From contig NC_087438.1 of NCBI RefSeq assembly GCF_036321535.1, forward strand, positions 4,590,001-4,654,000: a DNA stretch of 64,000 nucleotides, written 5' to 3'. Source of the stretch: Camelus dromedarius (taxonomy: Eukaryota). A model generated the notes under the pieces. That model saw nothing but the letters and a program-made list of their open reading frames with translations, made no database searches and had not been told where the DNA came from. The translations under genes were made by a program, and so were the position numbers. Shown here one piece after another: positions 1 to 15,723 of the stretch; the stretch's first letter is position 1; every line of letters starts with the position of its first letter.

Positions 1-689
1 TGGTCTCGGTGTCTGAGGACAGGATAATGGACTTGTTTGTTGATGGATTTCGGACTCTGACCAGGTGCGTCCAGTTAAACAGAGAGTCCTTCCCTCCTGT
101 TACAATGGAAGTGATGGGACAACCCTGCACCGTCACTGTATCCGGCCCCTTCCCACAGTTTCAGGGCCTTGCTCTCCAGTTTTCTCCTTTCCTCTGCACC
201 ATCAGGCTTGTCTGAAGGATCATCTCTGCCCCAGCAGAACAGGAGAAACACTTGAAGCTTCCACGCCCCACCACCCCCTTCTCCGGCCCCTTGGCGTTTC
301 CTTGTTCCCACCCCGCCGCCTCCACCTTGTCCTGCATTTGGTGATGCCATGTTCTGCTGCCTTCCCGTCTCACGGGCTGTCCCCCCTCCACCTGTCTACT
401 CCTCTCCCGGGTGCCTCTGAGCAGTGGCTGTTTGCACACTGGTTCTAGGACCTTCCCTTGCCCACTGCGCCCCCGCCCACAAAGCTTACGCGTGGCTGTA
501 GCGAGCAGGGAGCTCCCTGAGGCGGGCCCTCGTTCAGGCCCAGCCCCTGTTGGCCTGGGGTCTCCATGTGGCTTCCCCTCCTCATCCCTGCTGAACTGTA
601 ACCTGGAGAGGGGCTCCCCAACCAGACCTTAATGAGCCCCTCAAGTAATTCATTCTCAGGCTCCTACAGTTTGAGGATGATCGGCCTAG

Positions 690-959
<270 letters not shown>

Positions 960-2429
960 TGATAATGAGACTCGTGCAGGAGTATTTCTTCCTGAGGTTC
1001 TGATCAGTCTCTTCATGAATTCAGTTCCTTGCTGTCTCTACACGGTTCTGTTTTGGTGTAGTAGAAATTGACTTTTAATTTTCATGGTAAAACTCTGTTT
1101 TGAGCAATATTTTTTTCCTTTTGCTCATTTATAGCTTTTTTTTGTATCTGATTTAACTGGTTCTATCATTTAATAGAATATTGATCTAATCTTAAAGAAA
1201 CTCTTTACGTGTAGAAAAATTTCATGTCTTGATAGACACTGAAAAACTTTTTCTTGGTTCTTGACTGTGATTTATATTGAAAAATTTGTCTCAGAAAAAA
1301 AATTGGGTGCCATATATGGTAAAAAAAAAAAAAAGTACTGAAGAGACCCTTTTTTCTCAGTGATTAAAAAAACCAGTATTTTGTCTATAATTATATTGCC
1401 CTTACTTTGTTGAGTGCCACGGAAAAACTGTCAGTAGAAAACCTACCTGAGTATTAAATGCTGTATTAAGCTATACTTACACTATTTTCACTTATAAAAT
1501 AATCTCTAAGTTAATTGCAACGTTAATTATCCCGTTTATATTTACCTGTATGAAGGAGTCTCTGTTCTTTACAGAATCTGGCCTGTGTTTTAGCTGCACA
1601 GCTCTGTTCCTCAGTGTTTATCATTAGTTTTGTCTTTGTGGTTGTGCTTAGGGTTTTATGTCCAGAATTGGGTCGTTTTTCTCAGCATCACTAATACCTC
1701 TGACGGCCAGTGGAACTCTGGCCAACCCCTCCCTGCCTGATTCCCCGGCACATCCTTGCACAGCGGCTCTGAGCACGGGCAGCAGAGCTCCTCGTCTGCT
1801 TCCTCACAGCCTCAGTCCCGCTGCCTCGTCCTCTCTTCTCACCTCCAAGACGCTGCCCTCCTGGTCTTCCCCAGTGTTTGGACGTTATTTTGAACTAAAC
1901 ACAACCTTATGTTTTTTAAATTTATTTCCTCCCGTTGTCCTGATTTGAACTATCCCAGTAGCCTTGTAATCGTGCCTCCTTTCACGTGCACTTTGCTGAG
2001 CTCTGGGCCAAGCGACCTGCGGAGGCCACACCAGGCTGGGTGGGTCACCACTGGCACCTCATGTCCCTTGGTGCCTCGTCCTCTGCCTCACAGCTGTGAC
2101 CATGTGGCATGTTCCTTTCATGGCTGATTAGGGTCAGAAGGCCCACGCTTGTGCTGGGTGGGCTCTCAGGCAGTTGATTTTGACTAGAAGGCAGGGAAGG
2201 GGTCAGGAAAAAGTAGGAATGCTACCCTGAGCCTTGGGAACGTCTTCTGAACCCTGAAAATACCTGCAGGCTTCAGAGGCCATACCTCCTCACGGAGCTC
2301 TGCGTTAGGAGTGCTTCCAGACACGGTCCTTCTGCTGGGCTTGTTGTTCGCATGGACCTGACCGCCTTGCCCAGGGCGGCGCCGTGCAGTGTACCTTCCT
2401 GTGCGGCTGCCAGGGCTCCCGGTCCACTC

Positions 2430-2582
2430 CTTCCAGCAGGACCGCCGCGAGCCACGTGCACCTGCTGAGCGCTGGCCACGTGGCTGCCAAGGCCAGCGAA
2501 GTGAACGTTTAATGTGCTTTCATTCATTTAAGTGTAAATAGCCACACATGGCTCGTGGCCATCACAGTGGGCAGTGCAGGTC
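2430..2582. mobile_element. hAT-Charlie MITE fragment (MER3/MER33-like)
   Basis: TTTAAGTGTAAATAGCCACACATGGCTCGTGGCCATCACAGTGGGCAGTGCAG resembles the MER3/MER33 terminus. Degenerate; boundaries approximate. Confidence 0.55.
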
Positions 2583-3181
2583 TGCGCTGCTCAAAGTCGT
2601 GGGCCTCTCGGATCCATGACACTTGGAGAGGTCAGTAGATGGGGGCTTCAGGAAAGCGCAGTGTGGAACCGAGGTCAATGCTAATCTGCATGCAAGGCAG
2701 GGATGTAAGTTTTGCTGTAAATATGACACAGCGCTGATTACCTTGCATGGTTAAAATTAATCCTTTCATGTGGTTTTATTCACAGTGTGATACTGGTCAG
2801 TCTCATACTGCCCCCTGTTGGTTGTATGTCAGAGTAATGGAATTAAGATCTGAATTTTTAAAATTACCTCCACCATCTAGGTGACTAAATTGTGCAGAAT
2901 ATCATCCACTTATTTATGGTATTTGGGAATTTATGATGAACCAGATGTCTGTGTTTGTAGACAGTTGCTCTGTGGATTAAGAACGTCAAAGAATTGAAGT
3001 ATAATTTATAAATCCAGAAAGGTTCGTTCCTTTTGAATGCTCTTGATTGACACAGGATATGTCAATCAAGAGCTCTGTTAGCGCCTGTTAGCACCTGGCT
3101 CTGTTAGCACCTCCTGGCAGCGCCAGAGCTGCTGAGCACCCGAGGGCCACCCTGGCCGCCCTTGCAGAGGCCACGAGGTAG

Positions 3182-3625
<444 letters not shown>

Positions 3626-5265
3626 TAACTTACTGTGGAAGTAAATGTAGAAAGTGAGAATTAAGAAAAAAAGAATTTTTTCTGACTAGAAAAGTATTCC
3701 ATACCCATCATAAGCCATCTGCTTCCCAGCGGTTTGTCACGTGGAAAAGCCAAGCATGCCTTACTTAGTCCCTTCTGATGTGGTTTTCTCCAGTGTTTCC
3801 TCCGTGGGTATTGACAGTTCTCACTGCCTCCTCATTATCTAGGTAGCGTCACGTAATACAGGCAGATTTGCAGCTTGTGATTTTACCGGACAGTATCCCT
3901 GAACCCAGTGTCCTGCGTGTCCGGGGCACGTTCCGTTGCAGGGGCTGCCGCCTTGAGCCCGGGGCCGTGTTCCTGGTTTTATTCCTTTCAGCATATTTAC
4001 CCCCACAAGTTTGGTGACAGCCTTTTAAATCTTTGCCTGTCTGATGAGACCACGCAGTGTACATTTTCATTCAGTTTACATTTCTTTACTGACAAGTGAG
4101 GTTGAACGCAGGGCTCCTTATCAGTCCCACAAATGGTTGTTGAGTGTCACTGAGGTGACACTATTCGTCCTGTTGGTGGTAAAGTCAGTGACACTGTGAC
4201 AGGGACAGAAAGCTGGTGGGGAATGTTGGCTGCAGGTGCACTGCTGGCTGTGTTTCCTTCTGTGTGAGTTCATGTGCTTTGTCCGTCCGTCTGTGCAGCT
4301 CTCACTGACCTCAGGAGGCCCCTGTGTGTCCGGGAAGCCTTTCTTTGTCATCATGCTGCACTTTTGTCTTGCATCTGTATTTGTTTTTTTTCCCTATTGT
4401 TTAGCTCATACATATATATATTTTCAATATCCTCAAATTTAATGATTTTTTTGTTTTATGGCTTCTGGGGTATGAAATTTATTTCTTAAAAATATTTTGA
4501 AAGAAAACATACTGACTGTTCTCTTCTGTTTGTAAACGACATGGTCCAAGCGGTTGCTTTCTCAGCAGTGCTTTCCCGGCAGCCCAGCAGGACAGCTTCT
4601 CATCGCTGACTTGTCTGTGTTGGATCAGTTAAACGGCCGTCAAGTCCTTCAGTGTTTGCTGAAACACACTTGAAAATGAAAACCCACATAGTCACTGGGT
4701 TTATAGCATTAAATCTGGAAAAGAGAGAAGTTCTTAGAATGTCTCCTTAAAAAAGCCCTCACCTACCTGAACTGTGAGGCACGAGTTATGTGTAAATTAC
4801 AATTGGAAACTGCTGTTCTTAACAGAAGTCAGCTCCTGGACTGTGGCCCGCTTGGTGACTTCAGTGACAGCTTCGTTTTATTTGCTGTCCACCTGGTCCT
4901 CAGCACCCTGAAGTTCAGCCTGGCACGTTCTGTCCTAGAGGCGTTGCCCTCCCGGGTCTGCCCAGTGCTGAGCGAAGTCAGGGGCCCCAGGCTAACTGGC
5001 CCCTTGGGCAGGCTGTGACTGTCTGATTTAGATTGTACTTTGGCTTCACTGAGATTTTTGCCACCTGGAGGAGGGGTGACCTGACTGTTTCGTGAACCGT
5101 CACTTTGTCTCTGTGAATGACATCTCTGTTCATTCACAGAGGGGGACACTGACTGGTCTGATGACGGTGAGATAGGCTCTCAGCCCGGGAACGCCGTGGG
5201 CTGCCCACGGGCTGTGGGCAGCGTGTTTGCTGGTGCTGATCTGGCCGGCTGTGCTGCTGGGGTGA

Positions 5266-5487
<222 letters not shown>

Positions 5488-6092
5488 TAACCGCGCCCCG
5501 GCCCCGCGGCACTGGCTCCCTTACCTCTGCCCTTTGCTTCTGTGAGGCTTGGTGAGGGACGTGTTGTCATGTTTTAGTAGAACTTGAAGTTACTGGTAAA
5601 GGAAGACCTTTCTGGAGTTCAGGATGGTCATCCACGGTCAGGAGCTGAAAATTTCTTATTTGGGGAGTTGACTTTTCTTTAGGGTGTTTGCTTTGGGGAG
5701 GTTGAAGCAGGGGGGTAGTGGCGCTTCTGGTAGGCCGTGCAGGCGGCGGGTTCTGAGCCTGGCACCCGTGAGGGACACGGGCTCCCAGGGCCTCCAGCCA
5801 CGCACCGTGTTTCCAGCAGAGCTTGGGGCCCGGGGTGGGTGCTTGGTGTCTCCGCTTTTGCCCATGCAGTGAGAAGTGGGCACAGGGGACCTCTGGGATC
5901 ACTGAAGACTTAAACAGTGTTCTGTAGACTTAGGTTCATGGGCTTCTGCGTCAGGGCCCAACTTTGTGCTGTGATCTCAAGGTGTGTTTGGACTCAGACG
6001 TCAGCAGTCGTACGGCTTTTGTAAAGTTGTCTTAGCTTCTTCGCCATCGTTCACTAGCACAGTGCTGTGCTGTGTGAAGTGGCCCCTGGTGA

Positions 6093-6720
<628 letters not shown>

Positions 6721-6767
6721 CCTCAAGGGCAGGTTTAGGGCTCGGCGGGGCCTGCAGGGGTGACTGA

Positions 6768-6995
<228 letters not shown>

Positions 6996-7315
6996 TAGCA
7001 GTGAGTTTAAGCGGCTCCCCTCGTTCTCACTTTCCTGTGTGCCTACGGCCACCCCCAGGCTGTACCCAGCCGTCCCCACTCTGCCGTGAGCTTCCGGTGA
7101 CAGTGGGCGCCAGTCTCACGGGCGTGGGCCCCTCGAGCAGCGGCGCCATGCACGGGGGCTGCCGTGGACTTCCCTGAATCGTTTTTTTTGAAAACTTCTT
7201 TGGAGATGAAAGCTGTGGTCTGGGTGTCTCTTCTGCGTTTCCTCTATGATGTTCTTCAGTCTTGATGTGACGCGAAGGAGACTTGTGTGGGTTGGGGCTG
7301 CCTGTATCCTTGTAA

Positions 7316-7636
<321 letters not shown>

Positions 7637-9264
7637 TGATCCTTTTGAGTTAGAAAAAGAACTTCAAAACTCTTTGGAGGGTGCGTTTCTTTCTGTGGGA
7701 AGGGCTCTTGTGTGGTGGTTTATTGGAATGTGATTCCTCTCGTTCTATGAAAATCCGTGTTGTGGAGGTTCATCATGTTGGTTCCTGGGCACCGAAATGG
7801 CTTTTGACAAGGTCCAAATTGTCTTTCTGGAAATTACATGTTGCCCAGCGTGAGACCTCTGTCCTGGGATTGTGTGGGAGAGAGGGGCTCCGATGCTGTC
7901 CCTGGGCAGAAACGGACACCTGTCCTTGCTTCCCACTGAGAATCTGTTTGCACTCTTCCTCAGTTTTGATACAAACTTTGACTTTTCCATGTTATTCGTT
8001 AGGCGGTATTTATAGGGCTCTTTCTATTAGAATATGTCCTCTTTTTAAAAATATAGACAAAATTTGAGTCTAAAATGTAATTCTAAACATTTAAAATTTT
8101 GTATCTACGTCCCAAATGTGTATCACTTGCAAATATATAAAGCCATCGTATTAATTTGCTTTTAAGGTGGAGCCAGTCTCTGCAGCGTGAGTTATAACGT
8201 GGGCTTAGTAATGAAAATCCGTGTGCAACATCAGCCCTCTGTCCTGGGAGGCCAGTCTCGGGACACACCCCAGGTTGTGGCGGGCCCGAGTGTAGCTGCC
8301 GGGGACACGTAGTGGCGGCTAGCACAGCCCCACCAGACACTGCGTGAGCGTGAAAGGTGGAGGCGGCTGCCCGTGCTGTGAGCTGAGTTTTGCCGCAGGG
8401 AGGCCCTGGCTCTGGGCTTCCTCAGGCTCAACTTGTTGGAGCACCGCGTGCGGCTGCTCCCGCGCGGGTGTCGGGCACAGTCCGGGGCCACGTGCTGGGC
8501 TGTGGTCCCATCAGTCAGCTGCGCTAACAGCCAGTGAGGCGAAAGCTAAGATCATCCAAGCTCTAAAACAAGGCTCAAAGCCCACTTTCTCATTCTATTT
8601 CCAAACTTCAAACATTACTTCTAGTCAAGTGAGTGTGTGAAATCCCACCCGAAAACCGTAGGGGCGCAGTGCCCCATGGGGCTCGCGAAGCAGTGAGGTC
8701 ACCTGCTCAGGATGAAAGAGGGGGCTTAGAGCTGGGGGGCACGAAGCTGTCAGAGAGCCCGGGAGTGGCTGGGGGGTCCTGGGGCCCCGGGGATGTGGGG
8801 AAGGGTGAGGACAGGGTGCCAAGTGTGCCCCGAGGCCCAGCTCCTGCTGCGCCCGTGGCCCTGGGAGGCACAGCCGCTCTGCAGAGGTTTTTGGGGTAAA
8901 GGCATATGTCTGAGACGTGAGCAGTGAGGTTCTCGAAGGTCTGAGGAGAGGGCTCGCGCCCGCACCTCCGCGCGTGACGGAGCTGCAATGCAGGAGGGGA
9001 GTTGGGAGCTGGAGGCAGTCATCCTGGCCGCAGGCCTGGGCTCGGGGCTCTGGCCCTGCGTGGGCGGTGGTGGCTCTTCCTGGAGATCTGAGGCCCAGTG
9101 GTTACTCTGGCGACTGTCATTTTTTTTAATTGTTTGGTCTTCAGAGACTGTTAAGCCTTATGACCTGGGTGACTGGACACCCTTGGCACTGTCCCTGCTG
9201 TTGTGAGTATAGCATGTTTCTGAGTCAGAACACAGGTTGTGAGGTGAGAGTGGGCCCACGCTAA

Positions 9265-9711
<447 letters not shown>

Positions 9712-9893
9712 TAGTGTTGTTCAATTCATTTCTGTAAACATCTCTCTTAATTCTTCTGTTGCACTCGTTAGCATAGAAGTTAAATTGGAAGTGAAGAATA
9801 TTTTGACTTCCCACTTAACTGTTAATTTACACGCTAAAAACTTTGGTTTTCAAGAAGCAACCAGTGAAACCAGAATGGTGGCCGTGTGGAGTG

Positions 9894-10036
9894 CTGTCCC
9901 CCCAGCGCCACTCCCTCCTGTCCCCCTGGCATCACTCCCTCCTGTCCCCCCCGAGTCACTCTCTCCTGTCCCCCCAGCATCACTCCCTCCTGTCCCCCCG
10001 AGTCACTCCCTCTTGTCCCCACAGCGTCACTCCCTC
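9894..10036. repeat. Minisatellite, 6 x ~24 bp (CTGTCCCCCC-AGCATCA/CGAGTCA-CTCCCTC), in the last TENT4A intron
   Basis: Units of 24,24,24,24,23,24 bp read directly from the sequence. Confidence 0.95.
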
Positions 10037-10890
10037 CATACGGCTGGGGGGGGCCCCCAGGCAGATTTGAGGCCCAGAGGTCTCTGTGAACACGTTTATC
10101 CATCGCCCTGTGGCTTCTCTAAGTCCAGATCCCACATGTTAGAAACTTGTGTATCAGGTAAATGGGTCATTATCAAGGCACTGGGCTCTCCAAGCGCCAG
10201 GGTATTTGGAAGAACTGTGAGTGGCGTCCTGGCGTGTGGGAGTCCAGGTGTGCTGTCTGAAGGCCCAGTGCCTTCCCCGGGCTCTGATGGCGCTAGGCCA
10301 CCGTGTGACTCCGGCTGGTGCCCCCGTTGCTTGTCTGATTATACGTTGCCAGTAAGTTTTCGGTCCCTGAGGGTTGGCTCCTTGGACTTAGGACATTAAG
10401 TCCTGATAACTTTCTTACTTGGGGTTTCATAATAGAACGTTCCTTCTTGGCTTTGTCCATCCCGTCACAGCCTAAGTGTGAGGCTGACCTTTCGAAGTGC
10501 TCAGGATGAGAGTAAGACTTCGCAGAGAGCGAAAGCGCTCTCCCTGACGGTGCTCTGGTTTTGCTCTGAAGCCTTCCCCAAACCAGCTGCGTCTTCCCAT
10601 CTGCTCTGCGTGGGGCTTGGCAGGATGTGGAGAACGGGGTCCCGCTGACATGGGACCCCTCTTGTGTTTCTAGAATGTCACAGTCAAAGTCGGGAGAAGA
10701 TTAGGAGAGGGGCCCTTTTATTTCTGTGGACAAGGAGAACCAGGCGGAAGTGAGGTTCTAGGTGCATTTGGACGTTAATGCGTGGAGTTTGAAAGGGGCC
10801 CACAGTCCTCACGTTGACGGAGTCACTGAGGTGTCAGAGGTCGGCTTTCTGTCGGCGTCTCCGTGTTGCCTGGCGTGTGCGCACGTGTAA

Positions 10891-11277
<387 letters not shown>

Positions 11278-13300
11278 TAGCTCCGGGCACCGCCGCCTGG
11301 CCCCACCCTCCGCAGACCGCAGCCGGGTGGCCTCGCGCCCGGCTGGGACCTGAGACCAGCATCCAGCCCGCCAGCCCGGGCCCTCACGCCCGCTGCTGAT
11401 CACTCTGCATGTTCCTTGTGTGGTGGTCACGTCCATCTTAAAAGAACAGCTCCTTGTGCTCATCTGTGAAGCCTTATTAGACGTGGACGCTGTTTTCTGC
11501 CTTCCCAGGATTCTCCCTTCAGTGCCGGAGCGGGGCTGGGCCAGGAACTGCGGGGACGGGCTATGGGCCTTGGCACTTCTCGGTACTGTGTCTTGTCCTT
11601 TGCATCGGGTACTTTGATTTCACATCAGAGCAACGGAGATCAGACCCCATCCCCCTTGGGAGGTCCTCATTGTTTTACTGCCCGCACATTTTGTTTCAGA
11701 TTTCAGGACTGTTTTTCTATGTAAATATTGAAAACTTATGATTTGTGCAATAACTCAGATATTTTTTATTTAATTTCATATTTTCACATAAGTTATATTT
11801 AAGGGAGGAGGGAATTTTTTTAAACATGCTGAGATCCTTTCCCGAGTTGCATTTTCTAAGTTGGGTTCATCATGTCGGCTGGTTGTCTGATGAGCATCGT
11901 TGCTAACACCACGAGTGAGGGGCTTGGGGCTTATTTTCTGTTCCTTCTTTTGGTCAGACGTGAGGCCTCTCAGCTTGTGGTGAAGGAGCCGTGTCTCCCC
12001 GCGGGTGTCCAGAGGGTTGCGGCTCCAGCGCCTCTGACCAGCTGCCCGCCGGCTCTGCCGTCCGGCCTGTGTCTCGCTGTGACCACGGGGTTTTAACGTT
12101 TTGGATTTTGTTTCTTTTAAACTAGACAACAGATCCAGCATTTAAAGTGCCAGAGTATAACTTTCTAAGGAGAGGAAAGATTGTCACATTATAAAATCTT
12201 AAAAAAAAAAATGTGAACTTTGTCAGTTTTAGTAACAGAGCCTGTAATGTTGGGTCTGGTGAGTATCAGTATGGACAGTGGTACCCAGTTTTAGGAATGT
12301 GGAGAAAGGAATTATGTTGATTCCATTGTGGAATCTGTAGCAGTAGCATTCGTTCTGTTAAGAGCAAATACATGAGAAGAGCTTGAGCTGCTCAGTGCGC
12401 TGTGGGGGTTAACGTGTCGCAGGAGAGCCCAGCCCGGGTCGGGCCGGAGCGGCCGCGCCCGACGTGAGCCGCACACGGGTGTGCTGTGCAAGTGTATTCT
12501 GCCATGACAGCCACTGTCTGTTCCCACTTCTGAACATATATCTGTCCATCCCGCCTCACCCTGAGTTTTCTGAGCACTACAGTTGTCCTGGGAGTTAGGT
12601 GACCTGCCTCCTAGGCTTGACACCGGGGTTCTGGCCCTGCTGAGCACTGCAGGTGGGCTGGTCTTTGAAGTCCACCAGTGGAGGCGGCTGGGATGGGAAG
12701 CTTGCTACACGAGCCCTGATTGACGAGCGGAGTGGGGAGTGCTGGGGGTCCAAGCGCGACGGACACCCAGCGAGGACCAGCGCTTGCCCTGCCGGCGGGC
12801 TGCCCGAGGGAAGCAGGCCCGGCCCACACGCGCTGAGAGCTGCCGCCGCGCCTGCCGGTTCTAGGAGGCGCCCGGAGCAGAGTGGCACACTCCGTCTGCG
12901 GTTCTTGATGATCGAAGGTTATCAAAAATATTTAAAGATATTTAAATTGTGAACCTATTGATAAATATTTATAAAAACTGATATGTAGGCCTGTACTAAT
13001 CTCTACACATTAGCAATATTGACTGTAGCCCTCCATTAAGGAAACGCTGCGGGGACGGAGGCGAGTGCCTGTGGGGGCCCTCCGCGATTCCCGGTCCCAG
13101 ACGCGGGCGCCAAGCTCCAGTCCCGCCTCGGTGAACGGATGAATTGGCCCGGCCGCCCTGTGGCCACGCGCTGCAGGCTGAACAAGGTATCATGTTTCGA
13201 TTTTTTTTGTGTGTGGACAACAATGTGGAAGCTAAAATTGACATATTTTTATGTAAAGTTTTTCTATTCTTTGATTTTTAATAAACTTTGGAAACCAGGT
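11278..13300 (+). other. TENT4A: TENT4A 3'UTR (~2 kb)
   Basis: Runs from the stop codon to the poly(A) signal. AU-rich blocks at ~11690-11830, 12900-13040 and 13185-13290 alternate with GC-rich stretches. The end position is approximate. Confidence 0.8.
13280..13285 (+). terminator. Main polyadenylation signal AATAAA of TENT4A
   Basis: AATAAA with upstream TGTA (13252-13255), U-rich context and a GU-rich downstream element (GGTGGTGCTTGTGCTTG...GTCGTTTCTTT). Confidence 0.85.
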
Positions 13301-15591
13301 GGTGCTTGTGCTTGAGTGGGTCGTTTCTTTCAAGGGGAAAGGAGGTTCCTGCAGTTTTCATTCTTGACTTCTCTAAGTTAGGGCAGCTCCACCTTTGGTT
13401 CAGTGAATTCAGAACCTGGTTGAGGCTGCAGGCTGGGTACGGGGGAGTCAGAGCCGAAGCAGGGCGCGTGCTGTCGCAGCTTTGCTGGCGGGGCATCAGT
13501 CACTTCACTGATACTCCTTCCTTGCAGCTTCTGACACACCCATGTGACCTCCCAACACAGCGTTCATTTCTTCTGCATCTCTTAGGGCAGCATTATTATG
13601 TCACTTCAAAATAACACATTTTAAACCACCAAACAGCCATGATGTGGCTTAAAATGTGACTCTTGATCAGAATTTATAAGAAGCTTGTAAACAGCCTGAC
13701 ACCAGTGAGGGGGCTACTTGTCTGGAGGCTGAGCTCTGCCTTCAGTGACGCCACGTGGCCGAGGTGCGGGGTGACCAAGCTCTCCCCAATGCTGCATTCC
13801 TTCCAGAACCTCAGAACCCGAGTGCTGGAGGCACTGACGGTCCTGAAGTTCCCAGAATGGTATGTCGTGGCCACTTTTGGTGAGACGTCTGTGACTCGAG
13901 GCAGGCGCTGGTTCCTGAGCCCGTGTTGGCGGAGTCCTGAGCGCATGTCCATGGTGAAGGGGTGTCGGCAGCGGGGGCCCAGTCCACATCTGCTCAGAGA
14001 GCAGCTGGAGCAGTGTGGTTCAGACGGGGACACTCAAGGCCAGGGATGGTGGTCACGGCCCAGCTCGGTGACACGATCATGTGCACTGGCCACGGGCTGC
14101 TTTGCACACAGCCCAGAGCCCCGCTAGGTCTCCGACATCCCCAGAGAAACCGCTGAGCTCAGGCTGAACCTGAGTGTTGAGGGTGCACCCGGGGCCACCC
14201 TGGTAGATGTGTTTAAACAGTTACAATAAAAACAGCTGAAATTGTTTTTTGTGGCCAATGTTTGTATCATAAGATGCTGGCCTTCATAAAGACAGACCCT
14301 GGAAAAGTGTGTGGTGACGGTTTAAGCAGTCGCTCTGGTCCCAGCTTCTGGTCTTTTTAGCTCTCTCCACTTACCCTGCTGAACACTGGGGCCTCTCCTG
14401 TCCCGTCTTCTTCCTCTGCCCCGTGCCTCCTTGCCCATCCAGCTACGTGGCCCTTGTCCAGTCCCTCTGCACTGTCTCTCAATTGTGTTCTTGCAAGACC
14501 CCCACCCGGGATTCATGCCCCTGCTGACCCCCTGACACGTGCAGGGTCAGGGATATTGTGGGGTCAGCCAATACCAGGCAGGGCCCCGTACAGGTGAGGA
14601 TGACGTTCTGAGCACTTAGTGGCCTGGGTTATTCCTGTGAACTCAGGGGCCTGGCGGGCCACCAGCGCTGTGGTCCCATCCCCAGGTGAGTAAGTGGAGG
14701 CACCAAGGTTAAGAAGCTCAGCCAAGGTCATTCAGCAGGGTGGCACACAGCTCCCCGTGCCCTCTGCGCTCAGGTGCTCCTTCCCCCTTTCCAGCCACTC
14801 AAACCCCCTCTAGTTTAAGTTCACAGCCTCGCCTCCCTGCTCCCTCACTTCCCTCTCAGATGTGGCCTTGCCTCCCAGTGTCAGAAAGAAAGCCCCACCC
14901 CAGGGCACTGCCCGACACCGTGAATAAACACCTAGGGAGCGCTGCCCAACCTGGCCAGAGACCGCCTTGCAGGGGCCCGCTTATCCTTGTCCTCCGAGCC
15001 CTCCGTCCGGTCCCCCCAGCCTCCAAACCTTCCAGGTCTCCTCGTCTCCCTCTGGCAGCCTACTTGCCTCCTCTTCTTGAACCAGCTGCCGCAGGGGCTG
15101 TCTCCACCCTCCCACCTCCTACTGAGCCACATCCAAGTGGTCTTTCTGTGTGCCCCTCGAGGCCAGGCCCCTCAAGGCAGGACCCCCACGATGCCATGAA
15201 ACCTCGGGGCCAACCTCAGCCCTGCTTCTCTTGGGTAGGGCACAGGACACCCGCCGTCCACAGCCTCCACACAATTTTCTCTGCATTTCCCAGCTCTACC
15301 TGTGCCCACTGGATTTCCCACAAGCATCTGCCAGGCCCCGGAGTGCACTGGCCCCTCCCCTCCACCTGGGTCCTCACCTGCTCCTGGGGCAGCCCTGTCA
15401 GCCTTCCTCCACCATCCTGCCTTGGCCAATGGACCTCCATCGGCCCCTAAATCTGCTACATGCACCTCCTCAGGAACTAGACCCATCTGTTCCCCCTCAC
15501 CCTGGCCACCTGGGCTCAATGTCAGCCTGGTCCTCACCCCTCCCTCCACGGAGCTGCTTCACTGGTTTTCAAAAACAACCTGGGTGGTGAT

Positions 15592-15723
15592 GGGGGAGGC
15601 TACAGCTCAGTGGCAGCCTGCTCAGCCTGCATAAGGCCCTGGGCTCAGTCCCCAGCACAGTCAATCAGTCAATCTAATTACCTCCCCTAAGAAAAAAGAG
15701 AAAAAATAGAATTAAAAAAAAAA
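15592..15723 (+). mobile_element. tRNA-Ala-derived SINE (camelid Vic-1-like)
   Basis: GGGGAGGCTACAGCTCAGTGG (A box), degenerate B box GGGCTCAGTCCCCAGC, CTAATTACCTCCCC body and A-rich tail. Confidence 0.75.

Noticed and set aside
3073..3112. Three copies of CTGTTAGC(G/A)CCT upstream of an exon
   Set aside because: A short local slippage duplication with no evidence of function.
9785..10399. 204-aa Pro-rich ORF, and the 24-bp array as a possible CRISPR
   Set aside because: The ORF stays open because the repeat is stop-free. The units are head-to-tail with no unique spacers, in a mammalian intron.
10503..10546. Box C/D snoRNA or hammerhead ribozyme (GGATGA...GAAA...CTGA)
   Set aside because: Box C is imperfect, the span is too short, there is no terminal stem and no CUGANGA core in the right geometry.
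11887..11905. CTGATGA followed by a mini-stem (hammerhead-like)
   Set aside because: No GAAA after stem II and no stems I or III.
12438..12463. GC hairpin in the 3'UTR as a ZCCHC14/TENT4 CNGGN pentaloop (autoregulation idea)
   Set aside because: The stem exists (GTCGGGC/GCCCGAC), but the loop is AGCGG or GAG, not CNGGN.
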